From Selaginella moellendorffii (Eukaryota; Plantae; Lycopodiophyta), in the NCBI RefSeq assembly GCF_000143415.4, contig NW_003314286.1, positions 1,797,718-1,861,717 on the forward strand: 64,000 nucleotides of DNA, written 5' to 3'. The notes beneath the pieces were generated by a model. It saw nothing but the letters and a program-made list of their open reading frames with translations, did not search any database and was not told the DNA's origin. This document shows positions 1-13,911 of this stretch, piece after piece. The number at the start of each line of letters is the position of its first letter. Position 1 is the stretch's first letter. A program made the translations under genes and the position numbers.

Positions 1-3000
1 CCAGTTCGCTTCTCTCTCTCTCTCTCTCTCTCTCTTCCTGCCATCTCACAATACTTGCGTAGAAAAAAAAGTGTGGAAAAATACGTTTCCAACTGGAAGA
101 ATGGATGCATTTATCAATCTGCCTGGGGTAACAAGCTTTTTCCTGCGTTTGGCCCCATACACCCTCGTGGTCTCGATGGACTAGGCACGCTACATTCCAC
201 CGATCTATCCGTGTCATACCAAAAGCAATTTGCTCTTGCAGGACAGCTTCTCTTTGAATGCCTTCCATGCCAACTATAGCTACACTGACTCAAGCCCGCT
301 CATCATAGATTTTTCTCTCTTTTCTTCTTTTCTTTCGGTGGCAACTACAGGGGCGTGACTTTAATCCCCCGGGAAAGTCAGCCCTTTCAAACCATTCGAA
401 AAGAATATTAAATCTCAATCAAAAATCTCACACAACCACCATGGTCCCCAAGTTTTTCCCAGCTAAGTACTTCCGAGACGAACGAAAATGACCAGCTTCG
501 CTGCCAGATGATTGGCCCGGGATTTGGAATCGAATCCACCGACTCCAAAGAAGACGAACACGAAGAACACAAAGAGACGACGCGTGATAAAAGCCATTTT
601 AACTCCATCTTCGAAATGAATGCCACAAACACAAAACATACACTCACGAAACGAAAAAGAAAAAAAGGAAGAAAGCAACAAAGAAACGAAGAAGGTCGCT
701 TCTCCATAACTCCAGCTTGGATTTTCCAGCATTTCTTCTCACTAGTGTACAGTCGAGCAACCTTATATGATTGGTGTAACGTTGCAATATAGGCATGGCC
801 TAAAGGCAATGTTAGATATGGCCGTGGGTCCGAGAAACGGTACGTTGCTCCCCACGCGAATCATCCTCCGCGCCCAAGCCTGGATATGGATTGAAATGGA
901 TGGGCAAGCAGTGATCCAACTTCCACTTTTCCTTTTGCTCTTCAAGAACGAAGCCAAGCGGCTGAAACGCTATTCGTGATGGGCACGGATACGGTAGTTT
1001 TCACGTTTTGCGGCTCGATCTTCTTCTTAAGCTAACAAAGAGAAGGCCAACCGGAAAAAAGTGGAACTGATAGAATCTAGAGACGACACACACACGTTCA
1101 GAAAGAAGGATCAACTTGTTCCATAAAGTATAAAGCAAAGGTGGCAGGGCAACGCAAGATTGCATGAATCTTTTCTCCTTTGCAAGGGTAAGTGGTACCG
1201 CCACCTTTTCCTTTAACGAATATACTAAGAGTTTTCCTGTATTTGTGTATGTGTGAGTTTGTGGGGGTGCTGCTGCTCCTGCTGCGACCAGATCCTGATT
1301 TGATAATATATCCCAGATTCCACCACCACCTTGGAACCATGCAAAAGGCACCCCACGAAAAAAGCAAACTTGCAGAATCTTCCAATCAACCCAACTCAGA
1401 TGTCCCTCTGCTGCAAAATGCGAAAAAAGCAAAAGAAGCTGCCAGCCAAGAGGGGTGGCAACTTCTGCAAGAATCAAAAAAACCGCAAGCCATTGCAACA
1501 CAAGGTGACAAAAGGGCACAAACTCGTACCTTGGGTGTCAACTTGTCCAATTGTTGCTGCCTGCCCCTTGGCATTCCGAGAGCCAAAATCATGAGATCAT
1601 CGTCACACTATACATGATCATCTTGCAAAATTTTCCATCAAGCGTGTTTTCTTATGAGCTAATTTCCGTGTATCAAAGGTTTGTACACCACCTATACCAG
1701 AAAAGAGCACTTCACAAGTAACGAAGAAGAACTGGTCTGGCGAGGAATGATTTGGGAGCAGCAAGAAATCATGCTGGTATGTGTAGAATCGCCTCATTTC
1801 ACTAGTATTCATTGTTTACATTTTTTTTATTCTGCTTCTGCTGCTGCTGCTCCAGCAGTAAATCAGTTCTTTGCAGAAGCAACGATCGAACATCTCCCAT
1901 CTTAACGCAACCATAAAGAGAAACGAGAAAATATCACGTCGTTTTTCTCGTTTGCCGTGTGCGTTTTGTATTTCTCTGTGTGTTGTGTTGTGTTGTCAAC
2001 TTTCTCATGATCAAATGTCTTTTCCCCGCGAGAGGAAGAAACAGGAGAGAAATATCTGATCACGTATAAATGATGCGGAGAAGTTAAGAGCTTCCGGATC
2101 AAAAAACGGGGAGCGTGATCGGAATCAATGGCTCAATCTCATCATCTCGCACACATTCCCTTCACTGGAGAGGTTGCTTTCGCAGCAGATTGCCCCCAAT
2201 CCATTCCCGAGCACACCAAGAAGGACCATTTAATCAACAAATCGACCCATTCCAATCAAATATCTCGCACTCGCAAAGGTAGAGCTACCAGATATTTATG
2301 CTTCATTCTCTCTGAAATAATAACCAGAAAAATGAAAGAGAATTTTTTTTTTCTCTCTCGCGAGAAAGAGCTACCGAGCTCTGGACGCCCGCCAGAGCAA
2401 ATTGCTAGCTATGCGCGCTGCGCCTGTTTGTCAAACCGTATGGAAAGCGATAACGGCGAAAGATCAAGCAATTACGCCGCGGCATCTTCCTTTCAACATC
2501 AGAAAACACTCTCCCCAGCAGCAGCAAAACATGTTGAGTACGAGCGAGCGAGAGAGAGCACTGCTGGCTACTACTACCAACTTTTACTGCCACCACCTCC
2601 ACTCTCGCAAGTTTTTATAACTTTTTAACTGCCTTGATTGGTGAGTTCCTTTCATATCTCTTAGAAAATCCTTTTTGATATTCCGCATGGCAAGCTTTGA
2701 TCTCAAACAAAAGTATGAAGTCTGAACATTATTTTCATCTCTTTTTCTTTAGTTCTATGTACACTAGTGGGAGCATGGTTTATAAACGAAGCCAAAAAAA
2801 CCTCTTCTTGTTCTTGTTCTTGTTCCAGCAAGTTGCAAGTCAGGATTACACCACCGGGCATCTGCGTGTTCTTGTCAGTCATTCTTTCATTGTCTCTCAC
2901 CAGTACACAGCTGCCGAAGGTTGGAAGGAGAAAAGAAAAAGAGAAAAAAGAGAGAAAAATTTCCTCCTCCCTCTCCTTCCCAAACTTATCCCAAGTCCGC

Positions 3001-3290
3001 TTCAATCCAAATCCTTCTGGAAGTTCTGATGGACGGAGCCACAACCAGTAGTACTTCGGTGCTGTGCACTAGAACTTTGCCTTCCCGTGTCCGCACTGTG
3101 CGTCGTTTGATCGGCATTGGGTGTTTCTTGTTGTGTTCCCTGTACTACTCCGGGAGCTTGGGCACTTAAATACTACGAATTCCATCACCTGGGTGTTGTG
3201 GCCTCCTCTCTTGCCAACTTGGCGTAAAAAACGACTTGAAAGGACGAATAAACTCGTACTCTGGCGTCGACCGAATGGATCACTCGTTCG

Positions 3291-5562
3291 TTATTGCTGC
3301 TGCTGTTGCTTGGCCCTGTTGCTGGAAACAAGCTTGCGTACCAGGCTATATTCCTTGCTTATATCCTCTGCGATCATCTGTGCGTCTTTGGAGCCTCCAA
3401 AGATCCCCTTCCTGGACAGTCCAGCAACGTAGAGTCCCCGCTCTCCTTTCCACCCGCACCGCGGGAATCCATCGGCACTGAACGAGTTGCCTACTTCTCC
3501 CTGGAATAAGAGAGAAAAACGCCACGGGTCAGTCGCTGTGACAAGAAAATCTAAGTGAAATGGCGATGCGACGATCAAGCACTCAAGCCGAGCTTTTAAA
3601 ACAGCAAGCTAGGCAGCTAGATGGCAACCTTAAACTTCGCAACTTGCAAGCTGTACCACACAAAATGGAAAAAGAGGGCCAGGCAAAAAAGCTAGGAACA
3701 AAACCAAGAGAAAAAGAAAGAAACTCAACAACAACATACCAAAAAATACAACGCATTCCTCATTTCATGGGCAAACTTATCTGCAATCTGAGCTTCATAC
3801 TACATGCGCACATCAACATCCCAACAACACTTCAACTCCAACACTGATGCTACAACCACCATTCCCATGAACAGCTCTGGACCATATTCACTCGCCATGC
3901 TGTGAATTCCCTCTCACAATTTCACCATTTCTTTTCTCTCTTTTTGTGAAATCTTTCCCCCCTCCAGATGATAATTCAAAGTCAACCAAGCAACCCCAGC
4001 AAAGCAGCGAGCTCACCAAGCAAGCCCAGCAAAAAACCAGGAGATGCAAAGAACAATCCAGTGGAGCAAGCGAAGATGGAGGAATGGAGAAGCATTGCGT
4101 GGGAAGAGTTTCCAAAGGATTTTAAAAGTACCTTGAGCCACTGAGGAACGTTGCTCTTGTAGCCGGTCGCAAAGATGATAGCGTCGTAATCGCCTTGTTG
4201 GCCATCAGAGAACCTCGCGGAGCACGACGATAGCGATTCCAAGCTCGGCCTCACCTGGATTGACAAGCATCCAAAGAAAAATGTTAGAATCGAATCGACC
4301 ATGAAAGAAAAAAGAAAAATGCCTTCTTTAAGAAGGACTACTGCATGTACCTTGATTTTTCCAGCTTTGATCTTGGACAAGGTTCCAACGTCGAGCACCG
4401 GAGTTCTTCCCGTCTTGGCCTTCATCTCCATGGGACCGACGTCGGGCCGCCGGATGCCATGCCGCGCGGTGCTGCCCAGCGCCGCAATTGCGTACGACAC
4501 GAGGAGGCGGTCTGCCAGCCACACAGGCAAATGCTTGAGCAGCTTCATGGCCACCGAGTACGTCGAGAATCCAAGCATCTCCCTGGGAAGGATGTGCACC
4601 TGGAAGAACAAAAAGAGAACTTTCGATGAGACAACCATCCATGACGATCGGGAAAGAAGAAAGAAGAAGAAGAGGAAGGAATTTGATCTAGAGCTTTCAG
4701 AGAAGAGAGAACTCACCGGACTTCTCACGACAATTGCTGGCTTGGCATTGTGCTGGACCAAGTCGAGCGCAATCTCCATGCCGGAATTCCCCGAGCCGAC
4801 GACGAGGACGCTCTTGCCCGCGTAGTCGCAGCCATTCTTAAACTCCGATGAGTGCTTGACGGATCCCCGAAAGGAAGCAAGGCCGGGGAGGTCCCATGGC
4901 AGTAGCGGCTCCGCGTTCTCGCCCGACGCCACCACCAGCCATCGCCCAACGTACTCGCGCGCCTGGCGCTCGCGATCGCCCTCGCCCGACTCCCTGATGG
5001 TGCGCACCCGCCACAGCCCCAATCGCGGATCGAACACGGCCGACTGCACGCACTCGTGGAATCGGGCCCGGATCTGGAAGTGAGCCGCGTAATTCTCGAG
5101 GTAGTCCACGAACTGGGTGCGCGTGGGATAGATTGGGAAGCTGTCCGGGAAGGGCGACATCGGGAGCTCGCAGAACTGCTTGGGGATGTGGAGGCGGAGG
5201 CGATCGTAGGTGCGGTTCTGCCACAGGGATCCAATGCAACTGTTCTTCTCCAGGATCACGGAGGAGCCGATCCCCGCGGCGCTCAGGCACGCCGCGGTCG
5301 CCAGCCCCGATGGCCCGGCTCCCACGATGATGGCGCCGTCCACCCACATCCATGGACTGGGCGGTGGCGGAGGCGACGGAGAGGCATCCATCGCCGCCGC
5401 CGCCGCTGCTTGTGGTGGCGGTGGCAGAGGCGGTGGTGGTGGTGGCGATGCCGTCTCCATGACGATCTTGCTCTTGGTTGCTCGCAGGAGATTCTTGAGA
5501 CTGATCTGGTCGCAGAGCTCCTTCCCCCACTGCTCGCTGTGCGGGGAAATGTGGGGTGGCAT
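3291..5562 (-). CDS. YUC: YUCCA-family flavin monooxygenase (indole-3-pyruvate monooxygenase, auxin biosynthesis); exons ~5562(or 5460)-4717, 4599-4351, 4254-4132, 3500-3291
   Basis: FAD motif GAGPSG, WQNRTYDRLRLH, FRGSVKHSSEFKNG, NADPH motif GSGNSGMEIALDL, FATGYKSNV, and last exon WKGERGLYVAGLSRKGIFG. All three introns are GT-AG and in phase. Start codon uncertain (5562/5460/5391). Confidence 0.95.
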
Positions 5563-8500
5563 CTCTGTGCTGCAGCTACTACCACACGAGCAGCAGCCTC
5601 TCGGCGCCGGCGGTGATGATTCTTCCAGCGGGAAGTAAAAACGCGCGGGCGCGGGAGGATCTCTCTTCTTCTTCCCTCGAATTTGCAATCTTAAAGAGGA
5701 ACTGCGCTATCTCTCACTAACACAGGTTGGTGGTGGCGGAGCTCTCGCTTGTTACTATCAACTGTTCTAGCAAAGGGGAGCGCGCCGGAGAACTTATAAG
5801 TAGCAAGCTCGAGTAGATCTCGTTCTCTTCGCTCTTTCTCTTCCGGGAGTCTCTACTCCTCTACTATAGCAGTACACTACTAGACCCGGAGGTGATGGCG
5901 GTGTCTAGAGATTCGAGCTGAGCTTTCCGCCCTTGATTCTGAGTGGGATTCTGATTGATTCCTGACCGATGCGTGTGTCACTTCCAACACTGATCAGGCT
6001 GCAGCATTGCCCAACATACCTCCCACACTACCTCAGACCAAAGCGAACCTGCCAGCGGCAATCTTTGCTATAGAAGCGCGATTGCTAGCTTTTAGAATAC
6101 GAATAGCAGGGAGTGAAACAAACACCAAACGGGAAAGAAGTAGCCTCTCTCTTTCCTTTCACTGAAGAACTACGCACACACCCAATTCGTGGGGTGGATC
6201 CTTTTCTTCCTCAAATCAAACCGAGAAAGCAAGGCCGCCGGTCGAGCGCTGGAGTTCTAGGCAAACAAGACGCACAGAAAAGGGGCGGCTTGTAGCTAGT
6301 GGTAATATGGGAGACAAAGGACGATATCCAGCAAGGGCATTGCTCCGACACGCCGACCATATATATATATAAACAATTTTTAAAATCGCTACACTACCAC
6401 CAACGCTTGTTGTAGTAAACAAATTGCGTTGTGTGGGATTTGTTTATTTGCATGATGCGATCCACACACAAACAACGAGAGGGATTCCAATTCGATTTTG
6501 CCTGCTTCTCATGATTTTTTCCTTAGTTTTTTTTCCTTTCCCTTTCCCTTTTTGTTTTTGTGTTTGTTCGGTGGAATATTCCTGACAGCTGGCCGGGATT
6601 AGGGCAAGATGAAGGGCTTAGGGTAGTGATGTGCATTTGGCAACACCAACCTCTGCCCCTGACAAGCAACAACAGCTTGAAGTTGAGAGAGAACGAAACA
6701 CGAATTAGGGTTATAATGGCACTCGAAAACAACTGACTGACCTCTCATGACGCACACATGAGAGAATCAATGACGACGATGATGATGAGCGTGATGATGG
6801 TGATGATGCACACACACAACTTGGAGGAGACCTAATAACAACGAAAGTTGGCGCGAGCCGAGGGAGAGAGGGGATTTAACCGGCCAGCTCGCAGACGATT
6901 CATGCAGGACAATTGGCGGATGGAACGAAATTCTATTTCATTCATTCCCGGATGAATGATCCCATCCGCCCGCCCCCTCCCTCATTCCGCGAAATCTAAT
7001 AGATCCTTTAACAACGGACGCCACAAATGTGTGGACAACCAACGCATTCAAACAAATGGGCCTTTTCATTCCCATGCCGCTGTGCTGCGCTGCCCTAAAT
7101 CACGATTGCACTTAACATTCTCGCACACTTTCGGGATTTGCCGAAATGTCAACAATCTGGTTTAAGATGATGAAAGTAGTCATGTACACCTAGCCGCCGG
7201 GCATTAGTGTTGCGGAGGGGGAGGCATTGAATGCACAATCATATGGCCACATTGACATGCTCTTTGGCCGCATAATAATTATTTCATTAGCGAGAGGGAA
7301 CGACGAAAGAGCCGCAGCCAACCAGCCGCCAACCCGCCGCTTACGGGTGGCCATTTATGGCCCAAACACCTGCGTTTTGTGTGTATGTGACAGCAAATTT
7401 GCCCAGCCTGGGCATTTTGCACGCTTGTTGCTTGGATGCTTGGACATTCGTTGCGATGGATCGAGCCTTACAAATGACGGACGTATTCTCTCCATTCTTT
7501 TAAACCTGTAAAGGCGACGGCGGGCTTTCGCGTGCATGCAAATGTAGTGAATCTGGGCCGCCCTCTCGCGCCTCGTCTGGCCCAAATCTTGGGCCTCATC
7601 ATGAGATCGTCTTGGGGATCTCGACTAGTATAAACTACAACCGGAAACCACTTCGCCATTAAACTCACAGGGACGGGCGGTAGAGTACGCCGCCGCGTGT
7701 GGCCGTGAATTGGGGGCATTCCGTACTGGCGGACGGACGGCCGTTATGTCGTCACGCCAGCCCAGTCTCCCCAATCAAAAAACTCTAAAAAATGGGGCAC
7801 GGACAGAGCTCCACAGCACCAGCGCCACCACCCATCTCGTTGCCAACTTTGGCAGCACACAAACAAACCCCAGTGCGTCCGGTTTAAAAATACCATAACA
7901 ATAGGCCCGCCCAATGTCGCCAACATTCCATACAAGAACCCGTCACCCAAGCCCCGCCCTGTTTTGTTGCGGTGTTTTTGCCCAAATGCCCCTGCGGGAG
8001 AAACACTAAGCTCCGCCCGGGGGCCCCGCACGGCATGGCCATCATGCGTCCTCGCTGTCGCAACGCTGCATGCCACATTTTGTCATTGGAGATTGGGAAT
8101 GGTGGTTGACGGGTATTCAAGCTACACCGCTGCTGCCAGTCCCGCAAGGGATCCATGAATCCCCAGCGGGTTATCCGGCGAAGAGATAGGACGTCAATGC
8201 AAATGCCCAAGACCGGCCAAGGCGCCCCAAGATGCCCAGGCGCGGCATTTTGCATCTCGTGTGTCAACACTTACTGGCCTGCGCGTCAACTTCGCGCTAC
8301 CCTACACGGACGGTGACGCCCCGCGGCCGGCAACTACCATCCAACCATGCCCATAGCCATGCCTGTGGCTGGGACCCATGTCTACTCGAGAATTAGGGAT
8401 ATGGGCCATCTTCCATGGTGGAGACTTTCTGGTACGGAAGGGAATCAGGGAACGTGTCTGGAAGCGAGCCTTGTTTTCGTCGCGGGGGGGTGGCCACTGG

Positions 8501-9495
8501 CCACAATTTCCGATCGCAATAATTGGGCCACTGTACGGGGGCCCTTCTTCCTACGTGTTATGCGATAGATGGATAGATAGCCCCGCAAAGTCAACCGTGG
8601 GAGGAGGTATGAGACGAGTGGCCTTGTTCTAGGCCGATGATTTGCGATGATTACAAGCGGGAATGTTAGGATTCCATGGCTTGTGCGTGCATGCATGCAT
8701 TTCTTACTTACGGGCTTGGCTTAGGGGACACCGTTGCGCCTTAATAACGCTTTTGTAGCTAGCAGCAAATCATCACCTGTTATATTACTTACACGCAATT
8801 TGCCTGGAGGGTTGACTCCGTGGCTTGGATAGCGAAATCTCTGCTTGCGAGAAATAAAAATTCAAAAAAAATTCCAATAATAGGGGAGGTTTCACGTGAC
8901 TTTGAGATACATTGTAGATCAGAAAATGGCGTGCATACATGATATCGTTTCGCTGGATTCGATCCTTTCGTGTGTGTAGGGGTGCAACTTGGAGGGAAGG
9001 GCTTGCTCGCCTTATCACTCTCACGGGACGGGGAGCCCATCCGCTAGGCCATCTGTTGCGACGCAGCCGTTGGATTCGCTCCTTGTATACAGTCAATGAT
9101 ACGGATAGGTGGCGGAGAATGACAAACCAAAGGTTGGCTGGCTGGTCATTTAATCGATTCGAGAGCGACGAGGGCGCTTTTTCGATCATGGAATAGAAAA
9201 CTCGGCCTCGCCCGCGCGCTTGATCCTCGTCTGGAGATCTCGTCTTGCTTTATTTTCTTTTCCCGATCGTACACTGCCCACGAGCTTACCGGCCAAGGGG
9301 CGGCCGCCACGTGGACCTTAGGGTTCCAGCGCAAGTCTGTTTTGGCGCCTTGTAGACAATGATTTGAATGGGAGCAGGGTCTACCTAGGAGAAAACTCAC
9401 ACACACCCAGAGCCCATCATTCATCACTCCAAAAATCATCCTGTTTTTGTTTGATGGTGGTCTTTTTGAAAACAACTCCATCCTCGTTTTAGCTG

Positions 9496-9538
<43 letters not shown>
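9496..9538. repeat. Compound (GT)n(GA)n microsatellite
   Basis: Directly visible. Similar SSRs occur at 11-34 (CT), 13507-13571 (GA-rich), 31053-31087 (GA), 48690-48740 (CACAC), 49045-49073 (CAG) and 49385-49408 (CT). Confidence 0.9.
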
Positions 9539-9540
<2 letters not shown>

Positions 9541-10000
9541 GAAAAATGTGAAAAGAAAAGAGAGTTTTTCCATGTCCCTGCTGCTTCTGCTGCTGCTACT
9601 GGTGCTGCTACTCCTGCGATACGAAAGAGAGAGGAAGTAAGTCCCTTCATTTACCAATCTTGTCGTCACGACCTTATACCTTTGTACCTCGCGAAAGCAG
9701 CACCTCAACAACAACGAAGCAAATGAGCAGCGAATTCGGTTAAGTGTCACCTGGATTTTGGGTGGAGGGAAGCAGCAGGAGCAGCAGCAGCAGCAGCAGC
9801 GAGGTACCGAGCAGTGGCCACTCTGGAGCTCATGATTGAGAAAAACTGCTGAGGCGAGATGACGTTTAAGCTCTCTAACCGGTGCAGTCCTGGTGACGAA
9901 AGGAAAAAGGGAAAACCATAACGGAGGTACTCGAGAGAAAGAGAAAGCAGCGAACCTTTGAGAGAAAACAACCGGCGAACCCCCGGCTTTGGGAGCACTG

Positions 10001-11711
10001 TCACTGCTGAGCGCATTGCACTCGGTGTCCTGCAGATGGATCATCATCGTCGTCGTAAGCCTCGCGCTGTTGCTGATGCTTGCTCTTCATCTCTTCATCA
10101 ATGTTCACGTCGTGGAGAGTTGCTTCCTCGCACTCGTCCAGCTCCACTTGCGTCAGCTGGAGTGCAGGCCTCGGCGGTAGGACCGATTCCAGCGTTTTCA
10201 ACATGTCCGGGTTGAGGGCTCGCGGTTCCGGAAAATCAACGCTGAACTGAATGTACAATCTTCCCTTGACAAACGGACGTTGATGCTGCGGCATCCCTTC
10301 GTCATTTACTGCCTTGAACTGCCCTGCCGCAGTCGAAATGACTAGTCAGTTGAAGAAACTTAACGTTCAAGAAAAAAATAAGCAAAAAAAATGGTGGAAG
10401 TTACTACCAGGCTTGATGATTTCTCCCGCTGCAGATTTTATAAGCAGCTGCCTGCCATCAAGTTGCGTGAGTACAAACTGGAAGCCGCACAAGGCTTCAA
10501 CCAGCGTGAGTTTGTGCTCCGTGAAGAGATCGTCGCCTTTTCTCTTGAATTTGGAGTGCTCCTTCTCTTGCAGGATGAATATGACATCGCCGGTGATCGC
10601 ATCTGGCTGCAAAGAACTTCTCCTTTTATCAATACCAAAACTGGAAATAAACGAATTAAAAAGATAAAAAGAAAAAATGACTAGCAAAGACTTACATATT
10701 CATCTGCTTCTCCCGGAAAAGTTATCTTCTGGCCATGTTGCATCCCCTTCTCAACGTGAACCTCGAGCATTTTCTTGTCGTGGACAACTTTGCTTCCTTT
10801 GCATTCCGAGCATTTATCCTTCTCCTTAATTACCTCGCCTGTTTAGGAAGAAGAAAAAGAAAACAATATCAAGCATGATCTCCAGGATCTCAACTGGGAC
10901 AGACCTGCGCCACTACAGTCGCTACACATGTGTTGCATCTGTTGTATCATGCCTGGTCCCAACTGGCGGATGGTAACCTTCGTTCCGGAACCTTGGCAAC
11001 TTGCGCAACGGCTGCTCAGGCCAGATTTGGATCCCTTCCTGTTGACAAATTTTGAAGTTTCTGAGATGAGAGGAGAGGAAAAAGAAAAAAGAAATTTTTT
11101 TTTTCTCAAACTCACGATACGTTTGAATGATTCAACAAGGAACTCACCCCTTGCAGCTTGAGCAGATAACGCTTCTCATCAAAATCAGCTTTTTGGAGGT
11201 TCCGGTGTAAACTTCTTCCAGCGAAACCTGTAAGGGATGGATCACATCCTCTCCTCTTCTATGCCTCCGGCCTCTGCTACTTCCTACGCGCAAAGGCATA
11301 AAAAACATAAGTATACCAGGTGGAACAATTACCTCCAACAAAAGGATTTCCAGAAAAGAAGGACTCGAAAATGTCGAAAGGATTGCTGCGCGAGGAGCAA
11401 CCAGGCATTCCTTGCTTGAGACCACCCTCCCCATGCTCGTCGTAAATCTCCCGTTTCTCCGGATCACTCAGCACTTCATAAGCTTGCGCTAATTCTTTAA
11501 ACTGCAAGGAGCGGGAAATGGAATGAAGCAAGAGAAGAAGAAAAAAAGATGAACATAAAGAGAAAGGGAATGCTACCTTCTCGACATCGCCTCCCTTGTC
11601 CGGATGATTCAAGATCGCTGCTCTCTTATAAGCTTTCTTAAGATCATCGGGGGAGGCATTCTTGGAGACTCCAAGAATCTCGTAGTAGCGCGTGCTGCTG
11701 TCGCTCGACAT
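10001..11711 (-). CDS. DnaJ: Type I DnaJ/Hsp40 co-chaperone (cytosolic ATJ2/J3-like), multi-exon
   Basis: J domain TRYYEILGVSKNAS...HPDKGGD, CxxCxGxG zinc-finger repeats, C-terminal farnesylation CaaX box CAQQ. Confidence 0.95.
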
Positions 11712-11835
11712 GGCGGACCGGATCAATTACTTACATTTGCGCGATCGATCGCGGGATCGGGCCATCGATCGCAACCCTAGCCCGGGATTCAAAGCAAGAA
11801 CGCGTGAGTGAGCCCTAAAAATAAGGTCTCCCCTT

Positions 11836-13319
11836 ATGGCGCTCGCGCTTGGCCACGCTGCCTTCGTCGACGAGGATTACGCCCGCGCGCTCGAGCTCTA
11901 CAATCAGGCAGTGCTCGAGGAGCCTTCCAACGCTGGCGCGCTGGTGAGTAGAGCACAGGTCCATATCAAGCTCGGCCATTTCACAGGTAGGACTGTCCTC
12001 TCGCGAGATCCTTTCATGGCTCTAGTTTATCTACAGATGCTATTGCCGATGCAAAGGCGGCTATCGACCTCAACCCGGCCCTGTCCAAGGCGCATCTTCG
12101 CCAAGGGTACGTGATTTCTGGGAAGAAAAACTCGATTTTGGTTTTCCAGGATTGCCTGTTTCTCTCTAGGGGAATACGAGACAGCCAGGGCCGCTTTCGA
12201 GAAGGCTGCATCGTTGGAAGACGATCCAAAAACCCGAGACTGGATCCACAAGTGCGATGAAAAACTCAAAGGTGACTTATACTTCGTGCTCAAGGATTGG
12301 ATCGCTGAATGCTCGATGCTTGTAGAGGAGTCTGGCGTTCCACAGGAAGCTGATATGCGTGATAGCGCCACGGATGAAGAAGTTTTCATGACTCCTTCGT
12401 TACCTCCTCCCAAATACAGGTTTGGTTTCGAAGAAAATTGTCGTTCTTTTTCCTTGAGTCTTGAAATGCAGGCACGAATGGTATCAGTCTCAAGAAGCTG
12501 TCGTCGTTACCGTCTTCGCGAAAGGCATCAAGCAAGAGGACGCGCGTATTGACTTTGGAGAACAGATGGTATATATGCTTTCTTAGGCAGTGGGCTTGAC
12601 GTCCTGGTCTTGCAGCTCAGCGTAGTAATCAGAGTTCCAAACGAGAACCCGTACGCTTTACAGGTTCGCTTATTCGGGAAGGTAATATGCTTTTCTTCGC
12701 TAGGAAACGGATGCTCACGAGTATATTTCTAGGTGAATGTTCCCAAATGCAAATGCAGTATTTTGAGTACTAAAATCGAAATCCGACTCTCCAAAGCTGA
12801 TGACACGCACTGGAAGGGCTTGTCTTACGAACAAAATCAAGGGCCAGTGCTGAAGAGTAAGCATTTCTGATTGCTTTCGATGGGAAAGAACTTAGTTCAC
12901 GGTTACAGCTCCGTCGAGAGTGACTGCATATCCGAGCTCCAGCAAGAAAGCTGCCGAAAAAAACTGGGACAAGCTGGAAGCTGAAGTGAAGAAAGAGGTA
13001 CTTTTCTTTGCACTGTGATCACTATATCGGCTGGAAACTCTTTCAGGAGAAGGACGAGAAACTGGAGGGTGACGCTGCACTTAACAAGCTCTTCCGAGAA
13101 ATATACGGCAATGCGGACGAGGACACTAGACGGGCCATGAACAAGTCATTTGTAAGTAGAAAAGTGGAAAGCTTTTTCTCGCAGTGATGATGAGCATGTG
13201 TGCTTGCGCAGGTTGAATCAAACGGGACCGTTTTATCGACAAACTGGAAAGAGGTTGGCAGCAAGAAAATCGCAGGAAGCGCCCCACAAGGCATGGAGAT
13301 GAAGAAGTGGGAGGTTTGA
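11836..13319 (+). CDS. SGT1: SGT1 (TPR-CS-SGS Hsp90 co-chaperone), multi-exon
   Basis: TPR start [14 protein letters not shown] domain KYRHEWYQ...VFAKGI, SGS domain [32 protein letters not shown]...[16 protein letters not shown]...MEMKKWEV. Confidence 0.95.
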
Positions 13320-13571
13320 AAAGCTTCATAGCCAGGATATTTTACGTATCCGCTTTATAACTTGTGTGTGTTTGGAATTTTAAGCGACGGCGATTTTTTA
13401 CAAGTGTTGGCCTCTCAATACATGCAATCTCGCTTGCTGACACGCAAGGACACCCAAAAGTCGAGAGACAAAAAGTAGTGTTCTCTCTTGCGAAAAGCAC
13501 ACAAAAGCGAGAGAGAGAGCGAGAGAGAACGAGAGCGAGCGAGAGCGAGAGCGAGAGAGAGAGAGAGAGAG

Positions 13572-13878
13572 ATGGATAACACGGAAGGCTCGGTGCAAAA
13601 CGTTGGCAATTTCTTCAGGAGGAACAGGAGTAGTGTTCGCACAGCGATGATGTGGACTTTTGGAGCTGGGGGTAAGTTTTAGAGGTAGTTCTTCGTGTTC
13701 TTCCGGAGTTTTTGGAACAATGGATGATCCTTGCCGTACAGGTTTGCTGTGGCTGCTCTACACGGTGGAGCCATTCAAGTCCAAAATGGAGCCGTACAAC
13801 TACCGTGGCTCTGGAGTTCCCACTGTCCCGAAAACCGGTAGCGAGGCCGGGTCGACGGTGGCCCATCCAAAGTCTTGA
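13572..13878 (+). CDS. Small 78-aa single-TM protein, resembling cytochrome bc1 6.7-kDa subunit (QCR10/UCRY-like); exons 13572-13671, 13742-13878
   Basis: Clean GT-AG intron gives MDNTEGSVQNVGNFFRRNRSSVRTAMMWTFGAGGLLWLLYTVEPFKSKMEP...; the W-x-small-rich-W-xxxx-(E/Q)PF pattern recalls plant QCR10. Family call is from memory. Confidence 0.5.
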
Positions 13879-13911
13879 TGTAAAGGCGCTTTAAAATGGA
13901 GCTCTAGATAG

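Noticed and set aside
2991-3011. 12-nt identity to the 5' end of miR159 (TTTGGATTGAAG on the - strand)
   Set aside because: The 3' half diverges, no miRNA* arm or foldback was found, and it is in sense orientation to the YUC transcript, so it is not a target site there.
55-3280. Numerous short ORFs downstream of YUC
   Set aside because: Low-complexity, SSR-rich translations with no consistent exon chain or recognisable domain.
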